Source: Opitutaceae bacterium
Lineage (GTDB): Bacteria > Verrucomicrobiota > Verrucomicrobiia > Opitutales > Opitutaceae
Length of the DNA: 64,000 nt
Direction: 5' to 3'
NCBI GenBank assembly: GCA_044344465.1
Contig: JBIJCX010000004.1
Span: 4,804 to 68,803 of the forward strand
Shown one piece after another: positions 28,897 through 37,615 of this stretch. A program made the position numbers and the translations under genes. Within the stretch, counting starts at the first letter, position 1. Every line of letters begins with the position of its first letter. The notes beneath the pieces are model-generated. The model searched no databases. It was not told the DNA's origin and saw only the letters and a list, made by a program, of their open reading frames with translations.

Positions 28897-29106
28897 ATGA
28901 AACTCGCTGAATTGCTTCCCGCACTGCACGATCTTCCGCGCGCCGACAAATTTCGCGCGGTCCAGTATCTCACGGGGGAACTTGCGCACGAGGAAAGTGA
29001 CGGCCTTTTGCCGGGCGCCGAGTATGCCGTTTGGTCACCCTGTGAAGCCCACGACGCAGCTGCCACGCTCACCCGATATCTTCGCGAGCAAACGGTCGTG
29101 AAGTGA
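28897..29106 (+). CDS. Small hypothetical helical protein (antitoxin-like)
   Basis: 69-aa ORF LPRADKFRAVQYL...EYAVWSP, 3 bp upstream of the protease gene. Confidence 0.65.
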   Translation: MKLAELLPALHDLPRADKFRAVQYLTGELAHEESDGLLPGAEYAVWSPCEAHDAAATLTRYLREQTVVK

Positions 29107-29109
29107 GCC

Positions 29110-29526
29110 ATGCCCGCTCGTTTTCCGTATCTCCCCGTCGCCTTCGGAGGCGGTGACACGGCGCTGGTCCCCTTGTTGCCGCTTCGTCTGTGGCTGGGCG
29201 ACGGCCAGCCGGTGGAGGCGCTTGGCCTCGTCGATTCCGGCGCAACTGTAAACGTGCTGCCTCATCGGCTTGGACTTCGTCTGGGGGCAATTTGGGAAGA
29301 GCAAACGACGCGGGTGATTCTGACGGGGAATCTCGCCACGCATGAAGCGCGCGCGTTGCTGGTGGCGGCTCGCGTGGTGGATTTCGGGCCGGTACGGCTC
29401 GTGTTCGCGTGGAGTCAGGCCGACAACGTGCCGTTGCTCCTCGGGCAGGTGAATTTCTTCGACGAGTTCGATGTTCGGTTTCGCCGCGCGCAGCTCCACT
29501 TCGAGATTCAGCCCAGCCGGGAGTGA
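29110..29526 (+). CDS. Retropepsin-like (clan AA) single-domain aspartic protease
   Basis: GLVDSGATVNVLP catalytic DSG motif, PLLLGQVNFF (LLG motif); 138 aa. Confidence 0.8.
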   Translation: MPARFPYLPVAFGGGDTALVPLLPLRLWLGDGQPVEALGLVDSGATVNVLPHRLGLRLGAIWEEQTTRVILTGNLATHEARALLVAARVVDFGPVRLVFAWSQADNVPLLLGQVNFFDEFDVRFRRAQLHFEIQPSRE

Positions 29527-29566
29527 ACTGTGGCGGCCGGATCAAGCTGCTGACCCCATTGCCGTA

Positions 29567-29744
29567 ACGGTGCAGCAGGGCGCGTACGTGTCTGAAGGGC
29601 ACCGCGCTCAGCGTGCCGACCGTCGTCGGCCGTGCCGGCGCGCTTGCGCCCATCGAGGTCGAACTCTGGCCGAAGGAACAGCAGGCGCTGCAAGCCCCGG
29701 CCCGGGTGTTGAACGAGACGTTTGCGAAGGCGAAGGCGGGCTGA
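29567..29744 (+). pseudogene. Diverged duplicate of the 3' ~180 bp of the lactate/malate dehydrogenase gene
   Basis: Aligns with 28606-28782 (gtgcagcagggc...gaacgagacgtttgcgaagg...tga) with a 1-bp insertion and many third-position changes. Confidence 0.85.
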
Positions 29745-30105
29745 ACGAAGTCTACTTCAGCGCCTTGACCAGTTCGCGCAGGCTCAGAACTCTTGGGGAG
29801 GAAGACGATCGATCCAGCTCGTACCTTTTCGCGACGATTTTTCATGTGGTGCAGCGCCGCACCTTGGTGCGCGCCGGAAACTCAAAACGATGATCGGTGC
29901 GGGTTTGGACGCACGGACCAAGGTCCGGCCCTCCACTTCATGTGTTGGGTCGTCGATCAATTGCGGCGCTTTTGGTTGCGGCTGACGCGGCGCGATCTTT
30001 CGTGCATCCCGCCGCCCGGTGCGCTACGGGGACGTGCGCTTTTTCGAATGTGTTCTCTGACCCCGGTCAATCCGTGACTCGTGTTTTTGTTTCCCCGCCC
30101 CACCC

Positions 30106-32232
30106 ATGAAATCCGCCTGCCTCCTTGCCCTGTGCCTGTCGGCCCTCGTCAGTCCCGCCGCTGAGAACATCACCGTGCTGGCCCCGACGCCGGACGGCGT
30201 CACTCCGGGACAACAGCTCGAACGGTGGCTCAAAGGCGAAGTCCACCGCTACAGCGACCAACGCGCCGCGGCATTCGAAAAGATGATCAAGAGCGAGGCG
30301 GCGACCCGGGCCTGGCAGGCGGAACGGCGCGCGTTCTTTCTCGAGCAGATCGGCGGATTGCCGGAGCGCACCCCGCTGAATCCCCGCATCGTCGGCACGC
30401 TGCAAGGGAAGGGCTATCGCATCGAGAAGATCATCTTCGAAAGCCGGCCGGGATTTCATGTCACGGCGAATCTCTACCTGCCGGACACGCCGCCGCCCTG
30501 GCCCGCCGTGCTCATCCCGTGCGGACACAGCCATGACGGCAAGGCGACGGGGCAGTATCAGCGCGCGTCCATTCTGCTGGCGCGTCATGGCATGGCGGCG
30601 CTCTGTTACGATCCGGTGGGCCAGGGTGAGCGCTATCAAGTGCTCGATCGCGCGGGCGGACGCACGCGATTCGAAGACTCCGCCCGCACGACCGTTCCCC
30701 ACCCCAATGTGCGCTTCATGTGCACCACGGAGCACACCCTGATCGGCGTCGGCAGTATTCTCCTCGGCGCGAACATCGCCCAATTCCGGATCTGGGACGG
30801 CATGAGGGCCATCGACTATCTGCAAAGCCGCCCGGACATCCGGGCGGACAAGATCGGCTGCGCGGGCAATTCCGGCGGCGGTACGCTCACCTCGTATCTG
30901 ATGGCATTGGACGATCGGATCGTCGCGGCCGCGCCCGGCAGTTTCCTGATGACCTATCGCCGGTTGATCGACACGAAGGGTCCGCAGGACGGCGAGCAAA
31001 ACATCCACGCCCAGATTGCCTTCGGGATGGACGAGGCCGACTACGTCATCATGCGCGCCCCCAAGCCGACGCTGATTGCCGGCGCCTACCGTGACGGCTT
31101 CGACTTTCGCGGCACCTGGGATCTTTTTCTCGACGCGAAGCGCTTTTACTCGCGCCTCGGTCGCTCCGAGTGCGTTGAGATCACCGCGCCCGATGCGCCG
31201 CACGGCTTCCTCGTACACTTGCGCGAAGCCACCGCCCGTTGGATGCATCGCTGGCTGCTCGGCAGCGACAAGCTGATCCGCGAAGTCGAGACGATGCCCG
31301 ATACGATCACCGACCAGCAACTGTGGGCCATGAGCGCGGGCGACTGGAAACAGGAAGAGCTCTATTGCACGCCCCAGGGCCAGGTCATGCTCATGCCCGG
31401 CGAGCAAACGGCGTTCGCGATCAACGCCCGCACGGCCGCCGCCTTGAAGGCAACGCGCGAGTCCGCCTGGAAAAAACTCTCGTCCGGGGATAAGCGCGGC
31501 CTGGTGCGCGCGACCATCGGCGCGCCGGCGTCGGACGCAGCCCGCGCCCCCAAGGTTGAAACGGTGGGAACGATTCGCCGGGCCAACAGCACCATTCACA
31601 AACTCGTGCTGACCGGCGACACGGGAGTCCGGCTGCCGGCGCTGGCCTTCGTGCCGGCGAATCCCTCCGGGCAGGCGACGCTCTATCTACACGGCAAGAG
31701 CATGGCCGAGGATGCCGCGCCGGGCGGTCCGATTGACGCGCTCGTGCAGCAGGGGCAGATCGTGCTCGCCGCCGAACTCCGCGGCATCGGTGAAACCGAA
31801 ACCAGCAAGGGCAGGCGCGAGTTCGGCCTCGGCCGCTTCGGCCCGGACAATCTGGAGATCCTCACCGCCTATCTCGTCGGCCGCAGCTATGTCGGCCTGC
31901 GGACCGAGGACGTGGAGGCCTGGACCCGATTCCTCAAGGAGTTCCGCCCGGCCGGAACCAAGCCCGCGGGTTTGCATCTCGTCGCGATCGGCGAGGCCGC
32001 GATTCCCGCGCTGCACGCCGCCGCCCTGCAGGGCGACGACTTCCGGACGGTGAAACTCCGTGGGATGATCAACTCCTGGGAGGACGTTGTCCGGGCGACC
32101 GAGAACTACAACCAGATGGTCAACACCGTGCACGGCGCGCTCCGGCACTACGATCTGCCCGACCTGATTCAACTCGTGGGCGCAGAGCGTACCGTGATAA
32201 CGGATACCGTGTCGCCGTCGGCGATCCAATAA
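30106..32232 (+). CDS. Secreted two-domain alpha/beta hydrolase (acetylxylan esterase-like)
   Basis: Signal peptide, FESRPGFHVTANLY, PCGHS, DPVGQGER, GNSGGGT. Confidence 0.82.
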   Translation: MKSACLLALCLSALVSPAAENITVLAPTPDGVTPGQQLERWLKGEVHRYSDQRAAAFEKMIKSEAATRAWQAERRAFFLEQIGGLPERTPLNPRIVGTLQGKGYRIEKIIFESRPGFHVTANLYLPDTPPPWPAVLIPCGHSHDGKATGQYQRASILLARHGMAALCYDPVGQGERYQVLDRAGGRTRFEDSARTTVPHPNVRFMCTTEHTLIGVGSILLGANIAQFRIWDGMRAIDYLQSRPDIRADKIGCAGNSGGGTLTSYLMALDDRIVAAAPGSFLMTYRRLIDTKGPQDGEQNIHAQIAFGMDEADYVIMRAPKPTLIAGAYRDGFDFRGTWDLFLDAKRFYSRLGRSECVEITAPDAPHGFLVHLREATARWMHRWLLGSDKLIREVETMPDTITDQQLWAMSAGDWKQEELYCTPQGQVMLMPGEQTAFAINARTAAALKATRESAWKKLSSGDKRGLVRATIGAPASDAARAPKVETVGTIRRANSTIHKLVLTGDTGVRLPALAFVPANPSGQATLYLHGKSMAEDAAPGGPIDALVQQGQIVLAAELRGIGETETSKGRREFGLGRFGPDNLEILTAYLVGRSYVGLRTEDVEAWTRFLKEFRPAGTKPAGLHLVAIGEAAIPALHAAALQGDDFRTVKLRGMINSWEDVVRATENYNQMVNTVHGALRHYDLPDLIQLVGAERTVITDTVSPSAIQ

Positions 32233-32356
32233 TCTCGCGACCGACCTCATTTCGGTCGGCGCGCTTCGGACCGGCGGTTCCAAGTCGCCCCTTGACGGTG
32301 CGTGCGCCGGAGATCTGGCTCGATTCGCACTGACCGGGGGGAGAGAATTTCACGCC

Positions 32357-33721
32357 ATGACACGCCGCGACTTGATGAAAACGATGGGACTTTTCGGCAG
32401 CGGTTGGGCGCTCGGCGCGAGCGGTACCCGCACTGCGCGCGGCGAGTCTGATTCCGCCGCAGCGACGCCGGCGCGGGCCGGGGCGGCCACGTCGGAAGTC
32501 TTCGAGCACTACGAGCGCCGCTTTGCCGAGGCCCGCTTGCGCATGCCGGAGCGCAATCCGATCGTGGCCGGCGATCGCGATGCCATTGCCCGCGTCGCGA
32601 AAGGTTGTCTCGGCCTCCGCGACGAATGGGTGCCGAAGATTCGGGCCGAAAAATTGCGCGAGGTAAATTTCGACGGCGGACGGATCGAGATGCTGCGCGC
32701 CAGTTCCTGGCCGGGCGTGGTCGCCACGGCGCTCCTTTATGTTCCCGCCGAAACCAATTCCCGACTGATGCCGTTGGTCGTCCTCTGTTGTGGGCACGGC
32801 CAGGGCGGCAAGCTGGCCGACGGTTATCAGCGCATGGCCCGCCACCTGACGCGGCGCGGCGCGATGGTCTTGTGTCCCGACAACCTTGGCCAGGGCGAGC
32901 GTTCGGCGATGGGTCACGCCGACTGCGTCACGCCGTTTGCGTGCGGCACAAGCGTGCAGGGCTTGATCGTCATGGAAACGCTGGGGTGGATCGCGTGGGC
33001 GTTGGAGCAGCCGCGGATCGATCCGCGCCGCATCGCCGCCATCGGTAACTCGGGCGGCGGTACCCTCACGGTCTTTTTGGCGGCGCTTTGTCCAACGCTG
33101 GCGGTGCTTTCGTCTTCGGGCTATCCGAACACCTTCGAGTTCGTGGCGCGAAAGGAGAAGAAGCACTGCCACTGCAACGTCCTGCCCGGAGTGGTCGGCC
33201 AGTTGGAAATGTGGCAACTGCTGGGCAGCTTCGCGCCGCGACCGCTCTTCATTTGCCAGGGCGACGGGGATCCGCTTTTTCCGCCCGACCTGTTTCTGCA
33301 CACGGCCCGGAAAGTCCGGCAGGTCTTTCGCGCGCGCGGAGCCGAGCCGGTCTTCGAAGCCCGGATCCTGCCCGGCGGCCATTCGTGGGATGCGCCGCGG
33401 AATGTCGCGATCGGCCAGTTCCTTGCCCGGCCCCTCGGCCTCGACCGCGTGCCGGGACGTGAGCGTCAGAATGAACCGCTGCTGGCTGAAAAAGACGGCT
33501 GCCTGGAGGCCTGGCCCGCCGACGCACTCAGCACGGATCGCCTGGCGGAGCAACTGACCGGCCGCCGGGTGGACCGCGCGCCGCGACTCTGGGATGTATT
33601 TCCGCCGGTGCTGCCACGCGATCTCCGTTTGGCGGACCTGGAGGACATCGAGCCTCGCGGTTCCACGCGCCAGATCCTCGCCCAGTTCGAAGCCTTCCTG
33701 CGCCCGCCGGAACCACGGTGA
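32357..33721 (+). CDS. Tat-exported alpha/beta hydrolase (acetylxylan esterase-like)
   Basis: MTRRDLMK Tat signal, CCGHG, DNLGQGER, GNSGGGT, PGGH. Confidence 0.8.
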   Translation: MTRRDLMKTMGLFGSGWALGASGTRTARGESDSAAATPARAGAATSEVFEHYERRFAEARLRMPERNPIVAGDRDAIARVAKGCLGLRDEWVPKIRAEKLREVNFDGGRIEMLRASSWPGVVATALLYVPAETNSRLMPLVVLCCGHGQGGKLADGYQRMARHLTRRGAMVLCPDNLGQGERSAMGHADCVTPFACGTSVQGLIVMETLGWIAWALEQPRIDPRRIAAIGNSGGGTLTVFLAALCPTLAVLSSSGYPNTFEFVARKEKKHCHCNVLPGVVGQLEMWQLLGSFAPRPLFICQGDGDPLFPPDLFLHTARKVRQVFRARGAEPVFEARILPGGHSWDAPRNVAIGQFLARPLGLDRVPGRERQNEPLLAEKDGCLEAWPADALSTDRLAEQLTGRRVDRAPRLWDVFPPVLPRDLRLADLEDIEPRGSTRQILAQFEAFLRPPEPR

Positions 33722-33807
33722 GGCCAGGCGCGAGCGTCTCCGCGGGCCGAAATCAGTGTTAGGGTGTTCAATGGCGAAAGCCGGTGGGCTGGCACGCAGC
33801 CCGGGCT

Positions 33808-33822
33808 TGATAATTATTATAT
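33808..33822. promoter_or_regulatory. Fur-box-like AT-rich operator
   Basis: TGATAAT-T-ATTATAT about 20 bp before the receptor ATG. Confidence 0.4.
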
Positions 33823-33841
33823 CTTGGTTTGTGCTGCTCCC

Positions 33842-36800
33842 ATGAACCGCTGCTTCCACCCCTTCCGCGCCGCCGTGCTTACGGCTGTTTTCGTTCTGGT
33901 TGCGTCGTTGCGGGCCCAGTCTCTGGCGCCCTCCGTCAACCCGGCCGTCAAACCGGTCGATCCTGAACTCGTCGAGTTGTCGCCGTTTGTGGTGCAATCC
34001 GAGAAGGACACGGGCTACCAGGCCACGTCCACCCTCGCCGGCACGCGCCTCAACACGCCGGTCAAGGATCTCGCCGCCTCGGTCTCGATCTACACGAAGG
34101 ACTTCATGGAGGATATCGGTGCGACCAGTTCCTCGGACCTCCTCATCTACGCGACGGGCATGGAGGCCGCCGGCGCGGGCGGCAACTTCAGCGCCGCGAC
34201 CAACGACATGAGCGAGCCTCGCCCCACCGGCCAGAGTGCCCGCATTGATCCCCAAGGCAGCAGTCGTTCCCGCGGTCTGGGCTCGCCGACCTTCACGCGG
34301 GGCTACTTCGGCACCAGCATCGCGTTCGACTCCTACAACACGGGCACCGTGACCGTGAATCGCGGCCCCAATGCCGCCCTGTTCGGCGTCGGCAGCGGCG
34401 CGGGTGTCGTCGACACGGCGTTGCTTCAAGCCGAGGTGTCGCGGAACAGGTTCATCGCCAGCATGCGTTACGGGAACAACGACAGCATCCGCGCCAACAC
34501 CGACTTCAACCTCGTCCTCGTGCCGAAGGTCGCCGCCCTCCGGGTGGCCACCCTGCGGGACCGCGAGAAGTTCAACCAGCGTCCCGCGTTCGAGAACAAG
34601 GATCGGGTGTATGCGGCGCTCACCGTCCGCCCCACCAAGACCACCGTGCTCCGCGCCAACGTCGAGTCGGGCCGCACGCACGCCAATCGCCCGATCGGCG
34701 TGCTGCCCTTCCAGAGCGCTTTCCAGGGATGGCTCGATGCGGGGCGCCCCGCCTACAACTGGAAGTTCTATGACGATCCCGTGCTGAACCCCTCCACGAC
34801 CAACCACGGCACCTCCACGGAGGGTTTCTTCTACGGCACGACGATATCGCAGGGCCCGATTTGGACCTACGACCGGACGACCGACACCGTTCCCTCCCGG
34901 GGTTTCCTCTACCAGACAAACAGTACGACCGGCACTGCAGCCAATGCCGTCAAGTCCCAGGTCTTAAATGCCACCTTCAACCGCAACCTGCTGACCGATT
35001 CGATCCGCTTTCTGCATACGGTGAACATCCTGGAGCTTCCCGCGGGTTACTGGACCGCGGCGAACGTGAAGCCCGGGCAACTCCCCGGCTTCGCTCCGGC
35101 CGGGATCAAGATGCAGGGCTACACGGACTACCGCGCCTTCGACTTCCGCAACCACATGATCGACGAGTCCGGCCGCCAGGACAACAGCTTCCGGGCGTTC
35201 AATGTGAAGTTGGAACAGACCTTTTGGAACAATCACGGCGGGGTCGAGGCCGCCTACGATTCGCAGCGGTCGGATCGCCACACCAAGAATTCCTTCTTCT
35301 CGCGCGACAACGCCAACCACATCTACGTGGACGTGAACGTCACGCTGCCCAACGGCGATCCCAATCCCAATGTGGGACGTCCCTATGCCATCTACGGCCT
35401 GTCCAACGTCGAGGATCGGCTGGAGCGGCGCGATGCCTGGCACCTCACCTCCTACCTCAACTACGACTTCAAGGATTTGAAGGCTCCGTGGGCGAAGTGG
35501 CTCGGCCGGCACACGCTCACCGGCCTCTACGAGGAAAACCAGGTTGATACGATCAGGGGCCGCATCCGTGGCGTAGTGTCCGGCACGGCCGTCGACACGT
35601 TTTCGACCGGAGACATGTCCGTCACCCAGCGGCGTGCGTCCATCATCTCCTACCTCGGACCCTCCGTCATCGGTAACAACAATCCGCTGAGGCTCGAGGC
35701 GATCCGCATCCCCGAGATCAAGGCCGGCCAGATGATTCCCGTCAGCTACTTCTCACGCCAGGCCGATGCCACCGATCCGGGCCGAATTGCGCTGGGTGAC
35801 GCCTATCTCGACGAGATCAACGATGCCGGCTCCGCCCAGCGCGAGTTGATCAAGTCTCAGGCGGCCGTGCTGCAGAGCTATTGGCTGCTCGACCACGTGG
35901 CCACGACCGCCAGCTGGCGCCGCGATGAGGACTTCAACATCACCAAGAGTACGACCTACGTGGCCAATCCGGCCGATCGCAATGACCCCGGCATTGCCCG
36001 ACTCGGCTTCGGCGACGTCGACATCTTCGGGAATTCTCCGCCGCCCTACGTAGCCAAGGAAATCAAGGCGCTCGGGGTGGTGGCTCGGTGGCCGCAGGGC
36101 CTGTTCCGCCTGCCGCTCGGCAGTGACTTGCGCGTCTTTGGCAACAAGTCGTCCAACTTCACGCCCGTGGGCGGGCGGGTCACACCCTTTGGCGAGTCGC
36201 TGACCTCTCCCGTGGGCGAAACCAAGGAGTACGGTCTCAATTTCTCGACGTGGCACGACAAGATCAGCCTGCGCGTGAACTTCTTCGAGACGACGATGAA
36301 GGGAGCCTCGGGCGGCTCCAGCAACATGACCACGTGGACCGTCACGAGCATCAACAACGCCGCCGCCAACTGGGCGAGGGAAGGGAACACCAATCCGCAG
36401 ATGGTCGCGCAGCGCAACCGGGACATCGAGCTGCTCTATAGCGCGCTGCCCGCCAACTTCCGCGACCTCTATGCGGTCAGGGTCACCGGCACGGCGCCCA
36501 ATATCTCTGTATCAGGAAATCTGAATACCAGCCTCAGTGGGGCGACCGATACCACGGACTACCGGGCGAAGGGGGTTGAGGCCGACATCGTGTTCAACCC
36601 CACTTCCCGCTGGCGGATCCTGGTGAACGTCGCAAAGCAGGAGACCATCCAGAGCAACCAGTTTCCCTTCATGAAGCGTTTCGTGGCCATGATGAAGCCG
36701 GTGTGGGACCAACTCAGGAACGTGCCCTACAGCAACTATCCGACCGGCTACGTTCCTGGCACCCCGCTGGCCGCCAATGTGCAGACCTACGGCCAGTGGC

Positions 36801-37261
36801 TCGATACGAACGTGAATGTGCCTCTCGCCACCGCCCTCGCCACGGAGGGCATGGCCAGCCCTGAACAGCGCAAGTGGCGCGCCAATCTGGTCACGAACTA
36901 CAAGTTCGCCAGCAGCGGCTTGTTCGGCCGTGCGCTCAAGGGTTGGAGCGTGGGTGGCGCCGCCCGCTGGCAGGACAAATACGCCCTCGGCTACCCCACC
37001 ACGCGCCTTGCCGACGGTGGTGTCGCCATCGACATCAGGCACCCCTACATGGGCAAGTCCGACGTGAACGTCGACTTGTCCCTCGGCTACGAGCGCGACG
37101 TCTTCGAGAAGAAGATCCGTTGGAAGGCCCAGCTCAATCTGAAGAACGCCTTCACGGCCGGCGATCCGATCGCGATGGGTGTGCAGCCGTGGGGCGAGAT
37201 CGCCCAGGTCCGCCTTCCCCCCGAGCGGCGCTGGTATTTGACGAACACGCTTAGTTTCTGA
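33842..37261 (+). CDS. TonB-dependent receptor (Opitutaceae-type, large)
   Basis: LSPFVV..GYQATSTLAGTRLNT, NRGPNAALFGVGS, C-terminal TNTLSF. Confidence 0.9.
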   Translation: MNRCFHPFRAAVLTAVFVLVASLRAQSLAPSVNPAVKPVDPELVELSPFVVQSEKDTGYQATSTLAGTRLNTPVKDLAASVSIYTKDFMEDIGATSSSDLLIYATGMEAAGAGGNFSAATNDMSEPRPTGQSARIDPQGSSRSRGLGSPTFTRGYFGTSIAFDSYNTGTVTVNRGPNAALFGVGSGAGVVDTALLQAEVSRNRFIASMRYGNNDSIRANTDFNLVLVPKVAALRVATLRDREKFNQRPAFENKDRVYAALTVRPTKTTVLRANVESGRTHANRPIGVLPFQSAFQGWLDAGRPAYNWKFYDDPVLNPSTTNHGTSTEGFFYGTTISQGPIWTYDRTTDTVPSRGFLYQTNSTTGTAANAVKSQVLNATFNRNLLTDSIRFLHTVNILELPAGYWTAANVKPGQLPGFAPAGIKMQGYTDYRAFDFRNHMIDESGRQDNSFRAFNVKLEQTFWNNHGGVEAAYDSQRSDRHTKNSFFSRDNANHIYVDVNVTLPNGDPNPNVGRPYAIYGLSNVEDRLERRDAWHLTSYLNYDFKDLKAPWAKWLGRHTLTGLYEENQVDTIRGRIRGVVSGTAVDTFSTGDMSVTQRRASIISYLGPSVIGNNNPLRLEAIRIPEIKAGQMIPVSYFSRQADATDPGRIALGDAYLDEINDAGSAQRELIKSQAAVLQSYWLLDHVATTASWRRDEDFNITKSTTYVANPADRNDPGIARLGFGDVDIFGNSPPPYVAKEIKALGVVARWPQGLFRLPLGSDLRVFGNKSSNFTPVGGRVTPFGESLTSPVGETKEYGLNFSTWHDKISLRVNFFETTMKGASGGSSNMTTWTVTSINNAAANWAREGNTNPQMVAQRNRDIELLYSALPANFRDLYAVRVTGTAPNISVSGNLNTSLSGATDTTDYRAKGVEADIVFNPTSRWRILVNVAKQETIQSNQFPFMKRFVAMMKPVWDQLRNVPYSNYPTGYVPGTPLAANVQTYGQWLDTNVNVPLATALATEGMASPEQRKWRANLVTNYKFASSGLFGRALKGWSVGGAARWQDKYALGYPTTRLADGGVAIDIRHPYMGKSDVNVDLSLGYERDVFEKKIRWKAQLNLKNAFTAGDPIAMGVQPWGEIAQVRLPPERRWYLTNTLSF

Positions 37262-37288
37262 ACGGCAGCCGGCTGACCGAGACCCAAC

Positions 37289-37398
37289 CGCAAACGGGTT
37301 TTTGCACCGGACGAGAAGAAACGTCGGGCTTTGTAGCCCTGCGCGTGAGCGCAGGGACCGCCAGCGCTCCCTGCCGCTCACGCGGCGGGCTACAACGA
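37289..37398. repeat. GTAG REP doublet family A, copy 2
   Basis: Close match to 7260-7367. Confidence 0.85.
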
Positions 37399-37456
37399 TA
37401 CGGCTGAGGCCTCAACTGGAATCCGCCGGGTCGTGGTTAACCTAAAAGCCGCAGTT

Positions 37457-37578
37457 CAACCACGGATGGACACAGATGGACACGGATGCCAACCAATTGA
37501 GAAACAGGATCGCTTCACCTGCAGGGTGAACCAGTTGGTCTGTTCGTATCCGTGTTTATCCGTGTACATCCGTGGTTG
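37457..37578. repeat. Inverted element with 10-nt periodic CCAC-ended arms
   Basis: caaccacggatggacacagatggacacggat / atccgtgtttatccgtgtacatccgtggttg. Confidence 0.85.
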
Positions 37579-37615
37579 AGAAGCCTTGGTCTATTCGCAT
37601 CTGCGGAATTTAGGA

